Source: Candidatus Woesebacteria bacterium (lineage in GTDB: Bacteria; Patescibacteriota; Microgenomatia; UBA8517). Taken from it: DNA of 64,000 bases. Of this stretch, positions 1-10,207 are shown one piece after another. The stretch is taken from the NCBI GenBank assembly GCA_003484955.1, contig DMZH01000002.1, positions 211,496 to 275,495 on the forward strand, read 5' to 3'. The position numbers and the translations under genes are program-made. The stretch's first letter is position 1. Each line of letters opens with the position of its first letter. Under the pieces are notes generated by a model that was not told where the DNA came from, searched no databases, and saw nothing but the letters and a program-made list of their open reading frames with translations.

Positions 1-1860
1 GAGGAAAACTCAATCGATATGCATAAAGCCATTAAAGACTTAAGCGAAAAAGAAAAAGATATTTTATTAAACGGTACGGGAGATAAAAAATACCATGTTT
101 ACGGAACAAATAGATTTGGTAAAGAAACCTATATTTGGGAGGAATTTAGCGGGTTTATATATGAACTTGAAAGAAGATATGCAGAATCCGAAAGCGACTG
201 GGTAAAAGAGGAGATCAAAAAGTATATGAGAGAAAAGCTTTGTCCTGAATGCAACGGCTTAAGGCTAAAAAAAGAAGCGCTTTCCATAACAATCGGGGGC
301 CTGTCTATCGCTCAGGTAACCGAAATGTCTATCGTCAAAGCCCTCGAGTGGGTCACTTCATTAATATATATCAATGAAGTAAATGGTAGAGAAAAAGAAA
401 TCAGCAGGTTGATTATTAAAGAAACTCAAGGACGATTGAAGTTTTTACTTTCCGTAGGACTTGAATATCTGACTTTGAATCGCGTTGCGGGATCTCTTTC
501 TGGAGGTGAGGCTCAGAGAATCAGGCTTGCCAGTCAAATCGGATCGGGCTTAACGGGGGTGCTTTACGTTCTTGATGAACCGACAATTGGTCTTCACCCC
601 AGAGATGACCAGAAACTTATAGACACGCTCAAAAACCTCAGAGATTTGGGGAATACCGTAGTTGTCGTCGAGCATGACGCAACTATGATGAAGCAAAGCG
701 ACTGGATTGCCGATTTCGGCCCGGGTGCAGGCAAGCACGGCGGAGAGGTTATCGCCACAGGAACTCCCGAAGAAATTGAGAAAAGTGCAAAATCAATTAC
801 GGGTAAATATTTATCGGGCAAAAAGAAGGTTGAGTTACCGTCTCAGATTTCAAACCTGAAATTACAAAGTGAAGCCTCAAAACTAAAAATTTACGGTGCA
901 AATCAATACAATCTAAAAAATATTGATGTAGAATTTCCTTTGGGAAAACTTATTTCCATTACCGGAGTTTCAGGGTCGGGCAAGTCTACACTCCTGGTTG
1001 AAACACTGTTTCCGGCCCTTCAGAAAGAGTTGAATTCAAACTATCGTGGGGAGTCCGGCGGATATAAAAGAATTGAGGGATTGGAAAATATTGATAAGGC
1101 AATTTTAATTGATCAGAGCCCGATAGGCAGAACCCCCAGAAGTAATCCTGCCACATATACGGGACTTTTTGATCCAATCCGTGACGTTTTTACAGCCACT
1201 CATGACGCTAAAGCTGCAGGTTTTAAAAAAGGAAGGTTTTCTTTTAATGTCAGGGGCGGCAGATGTGAATCTTGTGAAGGCCAGGGGCAGATAAAGATTG
1301 AGATGCAATTTATGAGCGATATCTGGGTTACTTGCGATGTCTGCCACGGAAAACGCTACAATGCCCAAACTCTGGAGGTTGTATATCGGGGTAAAAATAT
1401 CGCAGAAATTTTAGATATGACTGTGGATGAAGCATTGGGGTTCTTCCACGCACACTCCCAAATTGAACAGAAACTTGAAACATTGTCGTTGGTCGGTCTT
1501 GGGTACATGGAGCTGGGACAGCCCGCAACAACCCTCTCAGGAGGAGAAGCGCAAAGGGTAAAGCTGGCAACGGAGCTTTCCAAAAGGGCAACTGGCAGAA
1601 CAGTTTACATCTTGGATGAACCGACCACAGGACTTCATTTTGCCGATGTTGAGAAATTAATGCGGGTGTTGAAACTACTTGTTCAAAAAGGTAATTCAGT
1701 TTTTGTAATAGAGCATAATTTGGATGTCATTAGAAACAGCGATTGGGTTATCGATTTGGGACCCGAGGGGGGAGATGCCGGAGGAAAAATTGTAACAACA
1801 GGAAAACCAAGCGATATAGCCAAAGTTAAGGCTTCATATACAGGAGAATATTTGAGATAA
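1..1860 (+). CDS. uvrA: Excinuclease ABC subunit A, C-terminal ~620 aa (5' end lies outside the window)
   Basis: The frame is open from nt 1. There is a CPECNGLRL zinc-finger region, two ABC signature motifs (LSGGEAQR x2) and Walker [10 protein letters not shown], typical of the second ATPase module of UvrA. Confidence 0.9.
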   Translation, partial: EENSIDMHKAIKDLSEKEKDILLNGTGDKKYHVYGTNRFGKETYIWEEFSGFIYELERRYAESESDWVKEEIKKYMREKLCPECNGLRLKKEALSITIGGLSIAQVTEMSIVKALEWVTSLIYINEVNGREKEISRLIIKETQGRLKFLLSVGLEYLTLNRVAGSLSGGEAQRIRLASQIGSGLTGVLYVLDEPTIGLHPRDDQKLIDTLKNLRDLGNTVVVVEHDATMMKQSDWIADFGPGAGKHGGEVIATGTPEEIEKSAKSITGKYLSGKKKVELPSQISNLKLQSEASKLKIYGANQYNLKNIDVEFPLGKLISITGVSGSGKSTLLVETLFPALQKELNSNYRGESGGYKRIEGLENIDKAILIDQSPIGRTPRSNPATYTGLFDPIRDVFTATHDAKAAGFKKGRFSFNVRGGRCESCEGQGQIKIEMQFMSDIWVTCDVCHGKRYNAQTLEVVYRGKNIAEILDMTVDEALGFFHAHSQIEQKLETLSLVGLGYMELGQPATTLSGGEAQRVKLATELSKRATGRTVYILDEPTTGLHFADVEKLMRVLKLLVQKGNSVFVIEHNLDVIRNSDWVIDLGPEGGDAGGKIVTTGKPSDIAKVKASYTGEYLR

Positions 1861-1879
1861 TTTCAGTTATACTAATTAC

Positions 1880-3778
1880 ATGAAGTTTTGGAAGTTTCTC
1901 GTTTTTCTTTTGCTTTCTGCTTTTTATTTTTTACCATCTTCCGTATCGGCGCAGGATGAATTTTTTGTTGATGCAAATGTAATCTACAGCGTTCAGGAAT
2001 CCGGAAAAACGCTAGTCACACACAATGTCACCTTGGAAAATAACTTTTCCAATTTATATGCCACCACCTATACGCTCGGCCTTGAAAACATTGACGCGAC
2101 CAATGTTAAAGCAGAAAGCGACAAAGGGGTGGTATTCCCCACTGAAATTTCAAAAGATGAAGATATAACTAATATAAAGGTAACTTTTCCTGATTCGAGC
2201 GTTGGAAAAGGAACCCAAAGACATTTTACTATTACCTATGAAAATTCCAGCTTTGCCGTAAGGACAGGTGAGGTCTGGGAAATTTCAATTCCAAGACTGG
2301 GAGATCAGACTAATTTCAGAAACTATCAATTAATACTCAAAATACCAAAAAGTTTTGGGCTTGAGGCCTATATTTCGCCAAAACCTGATTCAAGTGAGCT
2401 GGGAGAGTCGGGATATGTTTATTCTTTTGGACGAAATAGTTTGATACAAACAGGGGTCAGTGCCGGCTATGGACAATTTCAAATTTTTTCTTTTAACCTT
2501 TTGTACCATCTGGAAAACCCTCTTTCCAGACCCTCAAGTACTCAAATCGCACTTCCCCCCGATACCGCTTTTCAAAAGGTTTACATACAAAAAATTGATC
2601 CCAAACCGACAAATGTCAGCGTGGATTCGGATGGAAACTGGCTTGCAACATATGATCTTGACCCAAGACAAAGAATCGACATTGCAGTCTCCGGAGCCGT
2701 TCAAATTTTTGCAAGTTACAGATCTTTTCCAAAAGCAACAAATCAGGAACTTAATGACAGCTTAAAAGAAGATGAATACTGGCAGGTGAGTGATCCAAAA
2801 ATCCAAGAATTGGCCAGAGAGCTTAAAACACCCAAAGCCATATATGATTATGTTTCGCAAACCTTAAAATACGACTTCAGCCGTGTTCAGCCCAATGTAC
2901 AAAGGTTGGGTGCGGTAAAAGCATTACAAAATCCAACCCAGGCGATATGCATGGAGTTTACGGACCTTTTCATTGCCATTGCCAGGGCTGCAGGCATTCC
3001 CGCCCGTGAAGTAAACGGATTTGCCTATACGGAAAATCCCGAACTCCAACCACTTAGCTTAGTGGCGGATGTTTTGCACGCATGGCCGGAATATTACGAT
3101 AAAGAAAAGGGTATTTGGATTCCGGTTGATCCAACTTGGGGATCAACTACGGGAGGTGTTGACTTTTTCAACAAACTCGACCTCAGGCATTTTGCATTCG
3201 TAATACACGGAAAAAGTTCAACCCTGCCTTACCCTCCGGGATCATATAAACTCGGGCCAAATCCACAAAAAGATGTTTTTGTTTCTTTCGGTCAACTTCC
3301 TTCTGCCCGAATTAGCGTCCCGGCCGTTTCCATTAAACCCTACAGAGTTCTGCCGTTTTTCAGTTCGATCTATACGGTGACGGTATCAAACCCCGGACCG
3401 GTAGCTCTTTATTCGGTATACCCGACAATTTACTACGACTCTTCTGAAAAAACCAGAGATGTCATAGAGGTACTGCCTCCGTACTCGAATAAGCAAATTC
3501 AAATCACTCTTCCCCACAGTTTTCTCGGAAAAGATATGCCGAATGTAATCAAGGTACAAGTTAATTCCAGTCAGGCAGAAATAATGACAAACAAAAAGCA
3601 GATTGTCGTCGACAGCCTGCTGGTGGTCACCGCCTTTTTGATATTTATTACTGTTTTTATTCTTGTTAAGGTCAAAAAAATTAAAATATTTTCCATATTT
3701 GCTAAAATAGGAGCTTCTAGAAACAAAAACGATGCAAAATCTATTGACCAGACTCCCCAAAATAAGAATAACATCTAA
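1880..3778 (+). CDS. Secreted or membrane-anchored transglutaminase-like cysteine-protease-domain protein
   Basis: N-terminal signal peptide (MKFWKFLVFLLLSAFYFLPSSVSA). Central transglutaminase-core-like motif (ICMEFTDLFIAIARAAGIPAREVNGFAY) with a downstream His/Asp. C-terminal hydrophobic anchor (LLVVTAFLIFITVFILV). Confidence 0.55.
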   Translation: MKFWKFLVFLLLSAFYFLPSSVSAQDEFFVDANVIYSVQESGKTLVTHNVTLENNFSNLYATTYTLGLENIDATNVKAESDKGVVFPTEISKDEDITNIKVTFPDSSVGKGTQRHFTITYENSSFAVRTGEVWEISIPRLGDQTNFRNYQLILKIPKSFGLEAYISPKPDSSELGESGYVYSFGRNSLIQTGVSAGYGQFQIFSFNLLYHLENPLSRPSSTQIALPPDTAFQKVYIQKIDPKPTNVSVDSDGNWLATYDLDPRQRIDIAVSGAVQIFASYRSFPKATNQELNDSLKEDEYWQVSDPKIQELARELKTPKAIYDYVSQTLKYDFSRVQPNVQRLGAVKALQNPTQAICMEFTDLFIAIARAAGIPAREVNGFAYTENPELQPLSLVADVLHAWPEYYDKEKGIWIPVDPTWGSTTGGVDFFNKLDLRHFAFVIHGKSSTLPYPPGSYKLGPNPQKDVFVSFGQLPSARISVPAVSIKPYRVLPFFSSIYTVTVSNPGPVALYSVYPTIYYDSSEKTRDVIEVLPPYSNKQIQITLPHSFLGKDMPNVIKVQVNSSQAEIMTNKKQIVVDSLLVVTAFLIFITVFILVKVKKIKIFSIFAKIGASRNKNDAKSIDQTPQNKNNI

Positions 3779-5078
3779 GATTTATCTGGATCTTCCCGAA
3801 AGTCCCGGAGTTTATATATATTTCAAAAATAATTTACCGATTTATGTTGGAAAGGCTATTAACTTAAAAAGGCGGATCTCTTCATATTTTGCCTTTAACC
3901 TTGAACCAAAAACAAAAAGGCTGATGGATGACGCAGAATATATTTCTTATATCAAAGTTTCAAGTGAATTTGAAGCGCTTCTCCTGGAGGCAAAACTTAT
4001 TAAATTATATCTGCCTAAATACAATATTATTGCCAAGGATGACAAACACCCTTTGTATATCCAAATAACGGATGAAGAATATCCCCGTGTCATAACCGCC
4101 CGAAAATCAGATTTGAAAAATATCCCGGATCTTGCAACATACGGTCCTTTTCCGTCTTCGGGCAACGTTAAGGGGGTTTTAAAAATGCTAAGGCGTATTT
4201 TCCCGTACTCCGAACACAAAATCGGAAAAAGGGCATGCCTTTATTCACAAATAGGACTTTGTGATCCGTGTCCCAATAGGATAGAGGAAATAAAAAATGA
4301 GGTTTTAAAATTAAAGAATAAGAAACAGTACCACAAAAATATAAGAAATATTAGATCGCTTTTGAACGGAAATATTAACTCTCTCAAAAAAGATTTGGAG
4401 AAAGAAATGAAGAATTTTTCAGTCCACCAGAATTTTGAAGAGGCAGCGGCAGTGCGCAACAAAATACAAAAATTGGAATACATCACAAATTCCAAAACCC
4501 CAGTTGATCACTACATCGAAAATCCGAACTTATATGAAGATATCAGAAATAAAGAGTTAGCCGACTTTAAAAAGATCCTGGATTTACATGGGATGTTTGT
4601 GAATTCTTTAAAAAGGATTGAATGTTTTGATGTTGCCCACCTTTCCGGTTCAAATGCTACGGCTTCCATGGTTACCTTCATTGAAGGCACCGCCGAAAAA
4701 AGTTTGTATCGTCACTTCCGGATCATTCAAAAAAGGGGCAACGACGATTACGAATCGATGCTGGAGGTGTCAAGAAGACGAAAGAAACACCTGTCCGATT
4801 GGGGTAGGCCCGACTTAATAGTAGTTGACGGAGGAAAAGGGCAACTCTCGGTCTTTTTGAAAGAGTTTGAAAAAGACAAAATACCCGTTGTTGGTCTGGC
4901 AAAAAGATTTGAAACACTCATCATACCGATTAAAAATTCGGGAAAGGTCAACGTTAAAGAATATAGATTCCCGAAAGGCCCTACATTAAACCTGATGCAG
5001 AGGATCCGCGACGAAGCTCATCGATTTGCACAATTATATCATCACAGGCTTTTTTCCAGGTCATTATTTGAAAGCTAA
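3732..5078 (+). CDS. uvrC: Excinuclease ABC subunit C, short form lacking the C-terminal HhH domains
   Basis: GIY-YIG nuclease motif (GVYIYFKNNLPIYVGKAINLKRRISSYF). Endonuclease domain (FDVAHLSGSNATASMVTFIEG ... EAHRFAQ). Only 448 aa, and the start overlaps the upstream gene by 47 nt. Confidence 0.85.
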   Translation: MQNLLTRLPKIRITSKIYLDLPESPGVYIYFKNNLPIYVGKAINLKRRISSYFAFNLEPKTKRLMDDAEYISYIKVSSEFEALLLEAKLIKLYLPKYNIIAKDDKHPLYIQITDEEYPRVITARKSDLKNIPDLATYGPFPSSGNVKGVLKMLRRIFPYSEHKIGKRACLYSQIGLCDPCPNRIEEIKNEVLKLKNKKQYHKNIRNIRSLLNGNINSLKKDLEKEMKNFSVHQNFEEAAAVRNKIQKLEYITNSKTPVDHYIENPNLYEDIRNKELADFKKILDLHGMFVNSLKRIECFDVAHLSGSNATASMVTFIEGTAEKSLYRHFRIIQKRGNDDYESMLEVSRRRKKHLSDWGRPDLIVVDGGKGQLSVFLKEFEKDKIPVVGLAKRFETLIIPIKNSGKVNVKEYRFPKGPTLNLMQRIRDEAHRFAQLYHHRLFSRSLFES

Positions 5079-5102
5079 AACTACATATCATATACTTAAC
5101 TT

Positions 5103-5507
5103 ATGATACGACATGCTTTGAAACACTTTCTCATAAACGCCGTATCTTTATATCTTATTTCATTGGCGGTTTCGGGGATGGTGTTTGCTAACGGAACAAA
5201 CACGGTTCTTTTAACGGGAGTTGCTTTAACTTTGGCATCTCTTATTGTAAAACCCATCATTAACATTCTTCTTCTGCCTATAAACTTAATAACATTTGGT
5301 CTTTTTAGGTGGGTGGGGTACGCGATCACTCTCTATATTGTTACTTTGGTTGTACCCGGATTTAAAATTGTGGACTTTGCCTTTAAGGGTTTTTCCTCTT
5401 ATTGGATATCAATCCCGCAGATTTCTCTGGGCGGGGTAGTAGCCTTCATTGCGTTTTCATTTATTATTTCTATAATATCTTCGTTCATTGATTGGTTACT
5501 AAAATAA
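5103..5507 (+). CDS. DUF360 / phage-holin-4 (YvlD-like) family membrane protein
   Basis: Four predicted TM helices and a VPGFKI motif. It is paralogous to ORF 36535..36873 (VPGFRL / VPGFEI). Confidence 0.55.
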   Translation: MIRHALKHFLINAVSLYLISLAVSGMVFANGTNTVLLTGVALTLASLIVKPIINILLLPINLITFGLFRWVGYAITLYIVTLVVPGFKIVDFAFKGFSSYWISIPQISLGGVVAFIAFSFIISIISSFIDWLLK

Positions 5508-5534
5508 GAGTGGGGTGTTATAATTAGATCTGAA

Positions 5535-5747
5535 ATGAAGCAAGTTTTAACCATTGTACAGATAGTCGTATCGGTAGCATTGATTGGTTTGGTGTTAATT
5601 CAAGCCAGAGGAACCGGTTTTGGCAGGTCAAGTGGTATAGGAGGTGCCTCTTTTACAAGAAGGGGGTTGGAAAAACTGGTTTTCCGATTAACTTTTGTGG
5701 TTGTCTTTTTGTTTATTGCCGTATCTATCCTGCAGCTCGTTTTTTAA
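5535..5747 (+). CDS. secG: Preprotein translocase subunit SecG
   Basis: 70 aa with two TM segments flanking a Gly-rich loop (LIQARGTGFGRSSGIGGASF), as in SecG. Confidence 0.7.
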   Translation: MKQVLTIVQIVVSVALIGLVLIQARGTGFGRSSGIGGASFTRRGLEKLVFRLTFVVVFLFIAVSILQLVF

Positions 5748-5753
5748 TCATTA

Positions 5754-7079
5754 ATGTTAAATCTCCGCTATATTTTTAGGTTAATTGGAGCATTTTTCTC
5801 CAGATTCAAAATTTTAATTTTTCTGGGAATAGGCTTGGGTGTTGTTTTCTTCTTTTTATTAAATTTCTTACTTCCTGCCATTGGGTTAAATCAAACGGTA
5901 AGAATCGGGGAAACAGGCAGATATGTCGTGAGCAGTTTACCCGCCCCAATTTTAAGATTAATAGGTGACGGTTTGACAAAAATTGACTCTGACGGAAGCA
6001 TTATTCCGGACCTGGCATCTTCATGGGAAACAACAGACAAAGGAAAAACCTGGATATTTACATTAAAAGACAATATTTATTGGCAAGACGGGGAAAAACT
6101 GACAAGTAAAAATATTAATTATCAATTCTCCGACGTAACAATTGAGCAGCCGGATGACAAAACGATTATATTTAAACTCCAAAATGCCTATTCTGCTTTT
6201 CCTGCTGTGGTTTCGCGCCCGACTTTCAAATCCGGCCTTTTGGGAACAGGCGAGTGGAAAGTTTCCAAAATTTCACTGAATGGCTCCATTGTTGAGCAGA
6301 TAGATCTTGTTTCAAAAGATAAAGAAAAAATGGTTTATAAATTTTATCCCACCGAGGAACGTACCAAGACCGCTTTTGAGCTTGGACAGGTGGACAAACT
6401 TGAGGATTTGTTTAGCATTTCACCTTTTGATGCCTGGCCGAAAGTTAAAATAGAGAGCGTCACAGATACCAGCGAATTCGTGGCTGTGTTTTTCAACACA
6501 AAGGACAATACTTTGCAGGAAAAAAATCTGCGCCAGGCTTTGTCTTACGCAATAGATAAAACAAAACTCGGCGGAGTACGCGCTACAAGTCCCATTTCAA
6601 TGGATTCATGGGCCTATAACCCCCAGGTTAAACCATATGATTACGATCCGGATAAAGCCAAACAGATGATTGATGATTATAAAAAGACAAATAAACTTGA
6701 TGAGATTTCAATAAATTTATCAACTCCACCACTGCTTTTAAGTAAGGCCGAACTGATAGCAAACGATTGGCGGGCGGTGGGTTTAAACATAAACCTGCAG
6801 GTTATTACTACCGTACCTACTGATTTTCAGGCTTTTTTGGCAATTTTTGACATACCGGACGACCCTGACCAATATTCCATTTGGCATTCGACCCAAACAT
6901 CGGCCAACATTACGCAGTACCAAGATCCCAGAGTTGATAAACTTTTAGAGGACGGGAGAAGTCAAATTGACCTGGAATCACGAAGGAAAATTTATTTGGA
7001 TTTTCAAAGATTTTTGGTGGAGGATTCTCCGGCTGCGTTTCTATACTATCCGACAATTTATTCGATCTCCAGAAAATAG
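5754..7079 (+). CDS. Solute-binding protein family 5 (peptide/nickel SBP-like) with N-terminal membrane anchor
   Basis: Resemblance to SBP_bac_5 across the length (WQDGEKLTSKN..., AYNPQVKPYDYDPDKAKQ). No ABC permease or ATPase genes are adjacent, so it is an orphan SBP. Confidence 0.5.
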   Translation: MLNLRYIFRLIGAFFSRFKILIFLGIGLGVVFFFLLNFLLPAIGLNQTVRIGETGRYVVSSLPAPILRLIGDGLTKIDSDGSIIPDLASSWETTDKGKTWIFTLKDNIYWQDGEKLTSKNINYQFSDVTIEQPDDKTIIFKLQNAYSAFPAVVSRPTFKSGLLGTGEWKVSKISLNGSIVEQIDLVSKDKEKMVYKFYPTEERTKTAFELGQVDKLEDLFSISPFDAWPKVKIESVTDTSEFVAVFFNTKDNTLQEKNLRQALSYAIDKTKLGGVRATSPISMDSWAYNPQVKPYDYDPDKAKQMIDDYKKTNKLDEISINLSTPPLLLSKAELIANDWRAVGLNINLQVITTVPTDFQAFLAIFDIPDDPDQYSIWHSTQTSANITQYQDPRVDKLLEDGRSQIDLESRRKIYLDFQRFLVEDSPAAFLYYPTIYSISRK

Positions 7080-7817
7080 TTATATACCAAGCTCAGTCCG
7101 GATTAGATTTTTAAGCTGATTTGGATCTCCCGAAAGCGTAACTTTTTTACCGTTAATATAAAAAGTGGGGGTTTCACTTAATCTCACTGTGTTTCCGTCA
7201 TTCGTGTCTCTTTGCACAATATCCTTTACTTTTTGAGAACCCATGTCCGAAAGAAATTGATCCGTGTTCAACTCCAAATTCTTGGCATATTCAACAAAAA
7301 GACTTGTCGGGTCGGATGACTTTACCCAATCGTTTTGGGTCGCATATACTTTTTCCTGCATCTCCCAATATTTACCCTGAATTCCGGCTGCTTCTACCGC
7401 ATATGATGAAATGGAACCGTTTTTGTGTTGAGGCAGGGGATAGTTTCTGAAAACATAATTCACTTTCCCTGGAAATTCGGTTAAAACTTGTTTGACAAAA
7501 GGGGCGTAAACGGCACAAGCGGGACACTCGTAATCCCCGAATTCAACCAGAGTAACGGTAGCTGAAGAACTTGCGGCAAGATATGCTCCGTCGATAAAAC
7601 CCGACGTTTCATAAACACCTGTTGGAACCAGAATTGAGGAATTAACAGCAGCAGAATTTGTCTGTGGAGAACTTCCACCACCCATAAGAAATATTCCTCC
7701 CACAATAACGGCAAGGGTAGCCAGAGCTACTGTTATGAAGACTTTATTTCTTTGAAAAAACTCCTTCATTTTTGAGTAGAGTAAATTATAACAGGTGGCC
7801 CACCACTCGGCAATCAA
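7080..7817 (-). CDS. DsbA-like thiol:disulfide oxidoreductase with N-terminal TM anchor
   Basis: Thioredoxin-fold CxxC active site (EFGDYECPACAVYAP). N-terminal TM helix. Confidence 0.75.
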   Translation of the reverse strand: MIAEWWATCYNLLYSKMKEFFQRNKVFITVALATLAVIVGGIFLMGGGSSPQTNSAAVNSSILVPTGVYETSGFIDGAYLAASSSATVTLVEFGDYECPACAVYAPFVKQVLTEFPGKVNYVFRNYPLPQHKNGSISSYAVEAAGIQGKYWEMQEKVYATQNDWVKSSDPTSLFVEYAKNLELNTDQFLSDMGSQKVKDIVQRDTNDGNTVRLSETPTFYINGKKVTLSGDPNQLKNLIRTELGI

Positions 7818-7950
7818 CCCTGCCTCGTGGTAAAATATAGATGTTCTCCGTAAAATTAGACAGTAATACTGAAAGGGGGATCGGAGGAACGGTGTGGTTA
7901 GATCGCCTGTTCTTGCTGAATGATGCCCTTTGACATTATAATTAATCTAG

Positions 7951-8427
7951 ATGCCAAATGCACTTTGTGAAATTTGTGGTAGGAATTTTTATGCAAAACC
8001 TAGCCACCAAAAAATGGGGTGGGGTAAATATTGCTCAGCGTTTTGTAGAAGTAAGGCACAATGTAACGGTAAGGTTGTTGTTTGCTATATTTGTGGTAAA
8101 AAAACATACAGATCGCTTACCAGACAGAAGAACTCGGTTAGTGGAAAGTTTTTCTGTAGTAAATCATGTCAAACCAAGTGGAGAAATGGATATTTTATCG
8201 GGGAAAAACATCCAAATTGGATGGGTGGAATTAGTGTCTATAGAGAAATATTAAAAGGACTGGGAAAAGTTCCAGTTTGTGAACGATGCGGATTGACAGA
8301 TGAGAGAATTTTGAGCGTTCATCATTTGGATCACAACAGACGAAACAACAAAGAATCGAATTTAGTCTGGGTTTGTTATAATTGTCATTTCTTGATTCAC
8401 CACGATAAAAATACTGAAGAAAGTTAG
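7951..8427 (+). CDS. HNH endonuclease with Cys-rich (zinc-ribbon) N-terminus
   Basis: C-terminal HNH motif (CERCGL...HHLDHNRRNN...CYNCHFLIHH). The N-terminus carries five CxxC pairs. Confidence 0.7.
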   Translation: MPNALCEICGRNFYAKPSHQKMGWGKYCSAFCRSKAQCNGKVVVCYICGKKTYRSLTRQKNSVSGKFFCSKSCQTKWRNGYFIGEKHPNWMGGISVYREILKGLGKVPVCERCGLTDERILSVHHLDHNRRNNKESNLVWVCYNCHFLIHHDKNTEES

Positions 8428-8465
8428 GTGAGATTATTTTAGAGACATAGTTTTAAATTATACAT

Positions 8466-8542
8466 GGTGGTTGTAGCTCAGTTGGTTAGAGCGTCCCCCT
8501 GTGGAGGGGAAGGTCGGGAGTTCAAATCTCCTCAACCACCCA
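8466..8542 (+). tRNA. tRNA-His (anticodon GTG) with encoded G-1
   Basis: Hand-folded cloverleaf: G-1 plus acceptor GTGGTTG/CAACCAC, anticodon loop CTGTGGA, T-arm GGGAG/TTCAAAT/CTCCT, discriminator C. Confidence 0.85.
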
Positions 8543-10093
8543 AGAGGAGGTAGGGGTAGTAGATAATTGCCTAATTAGCTCGAAAGATTGGCTCAATTTA
8601 GTGGTTCTAAATTTGTTATTTTCAAAAATCACATTTTCGGGGTAAATAGAACCAGTAAGCAACTTCCTTTGATTCAAGGTTCCCTCTTTCCACGCCTTAT
8701 CTAGATTCCACAAGAAGTTATTCATAAATTTAGTAACGATTTTAATATCTATTTTTTGCAGGTGAGCTTCGTTATTGTTTGATTTAGCTACAATTATCCT
8801 ATCTTCGATTAAGTCCATCTGCTCTCTAAATATCTCGTCTGAATATACACCTGATAGATTCTTTGATACCAGTCTTTTCCTTACCGTATAGAGAGCTTCT
8901 AGGTCATCTTGAATTTTCTTTTGGTTACTTATAAGGTGTGAATATCTGCTTTCCCACTTCTCGGCCACCATTTCACTAAATAGTGGTGTAAAGTCTTTGC
9001 TTGGTTGAATTTCTCTCAGATATTCTAAAAATAGATTTTCAAAATAATCTTTCTGATAAGACTTACAGAAGTGTTTTCCAATACAATAATAATACGGGTA
9101 GTGTCCACCTCTGCCTCTAGAGAATGAGCCTGTCATTTTTAGTCCACAAATTCCACAAATAACATGTCCTCTCAACGGAAAGTTTTCATTTAATTTTGTG
9201 TATTTAATTCCCCCTGTAAACGATCTCTTATCGATAATCGCTTGCACCTTATAGAAGGTTTCTTCACTAATCATTGGCTGATGATTTCCGATCCTATCAA
9301 CATTAAATTTTTGACTTACTACATAGCCACAATAAAACTTATCTCGAAACAGTCTTTGAGCATGTTGGCTTCTAACGGGGTTTTTCCGATTTCCAATTTT
9401 TACAAGTATGCCTAACTTATTCATATAAGTTGCCATTGTTTCTAGAGAATATGCTCCTGTAGACATTTCATCCCACGACTTTTTAACAAGATCAAATTGT
9501 TCTGGGTCTGGCTCGATTATCTGTTTTTCGTTTCGTTCAATGTTAATATAACCCAAAGCTGCCTTACCATTAGCCCATCCCGATTCCAACCTTTTTCTCA
9601 TACCATCACGGCTTCTTAATCCTTTTGTGGCGTTATCCAATTTCGCACTGGCAGCCAGAAGTGTTTCAAGAAATTCTCCTGTAGGACTGTCCTCTGTGGG
9701 TTCGGTTACAGATATTATTCTTATGCCGTAATCAGCCAACCGTTTTTTGATAGCTAGATAGTCAAAGGTTTCCCTACTAATTCTGTCTATCTTGTATATA
9801 AACACAGCGGAAATTTCGTTTTTGTTTTTGCGGGAATCCTCAAGAAGTAGGATTAGCTCTGGCCTGTTGATATTTTTAGCACTTACACCTTCTTCTCTGT
9901 AGACTTTTTCTACCACATAACCTCTATGATCAGCTTCTTTTCTGCAATACTCCTCCTGATTATCAAGACTGTAGTTGGAAACCTGTTCTTCTGAGCTTAC
10001 TCGAATATAAATATAGGCTTTTTTAGTCACTTCCATATTATGTTTCTTTATCTCCTGCTTTGTCAAAGGTGTTTTGGTTATATTTAGTCTCAA
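8522..10093 (-). CDS. Large serine recombinase (resolvase catalytic domain + recombinase domain + zinc ribbon + coiled coil)
   Basis: N-terminal resolvase motif (YIYIRVSSEEQ, IDRISRETFD). Zn ribbon (CGICGLKMTG...YYYC). 523 aa. The 3' end (TGA at 8522-8524) overlaps the T-loop and 3' acceptor of tRNA-His by about 20 nt. Confidence 0.9.
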   Translation of the reverse strand: MRLNITKTPLTKQEIKKHNMEVTKKAYIYIRVSSEEQVSNYSLDNQEEYCRKEADHRGYVVEKVYREEGVSAKNINRPELILLLEDSRKNKNEISAVFIYKIDRISRETFDYLAIKKRLADYGIRIISVTEPTEDSPTGEFLETLLAASAKLDNATKGLRSRDGMRKRLESGWANGKAALGYINIERNEKQIIEPDPEQFDLVKKSWDEMSTGAYSLETMATYMNKLGILVKIGNRKNPVRSQHAQRLFRDKFYCGYVVSQKFNVDRIGNHQPMISEETFYKVQAIIDKRSFTGGIKYTKLNENFPLRGHVICGICGLKMTGSFSRGRGGHYPYYYCIGKHFCKSYQKDYFENLFLEYLREIQPSKDFTPLFSEMVAEKWESRYSHLISNQKKIQDDLEALYTVRKRLVSKNLSGVYSDEIFREQMDLIEDRIIVAKSNNNEAHLQKIDIKIVTKFMNNFLWNLDKAWKEGTLNQRKLLTGSIYPENVIFENNKFRTTKLSQSFELIRQLSTTPTSSWVVEEI

Positions 10094-10207
10094 ATAATTG
10101 AAAACCTACTTCGATAATTTGATTAAAGGATGTAATAATTTCTAATAGTCTCTGGTCGGACAACGAATCGGCACATTCACCTAAGATTTTCCTCGCTTTT
10201 TCTATGG

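Noticed and set aside
550-1591. Minus-strand ORFs inside uvrA (550..738, 594..821, 986..1177, 1105..1368, 1328..1591, 1356..1583)
   Set aside because: They are antisense to a strongly supported ABC ATPase gene, with no independent signals.
7958-8254. ORF 7958..8254 (98 aa) in an alternative frame of the HNH gene
   Set aside because: Same strand and overlapping frame of a gene with clear motifs, so it is a shadow ORF.
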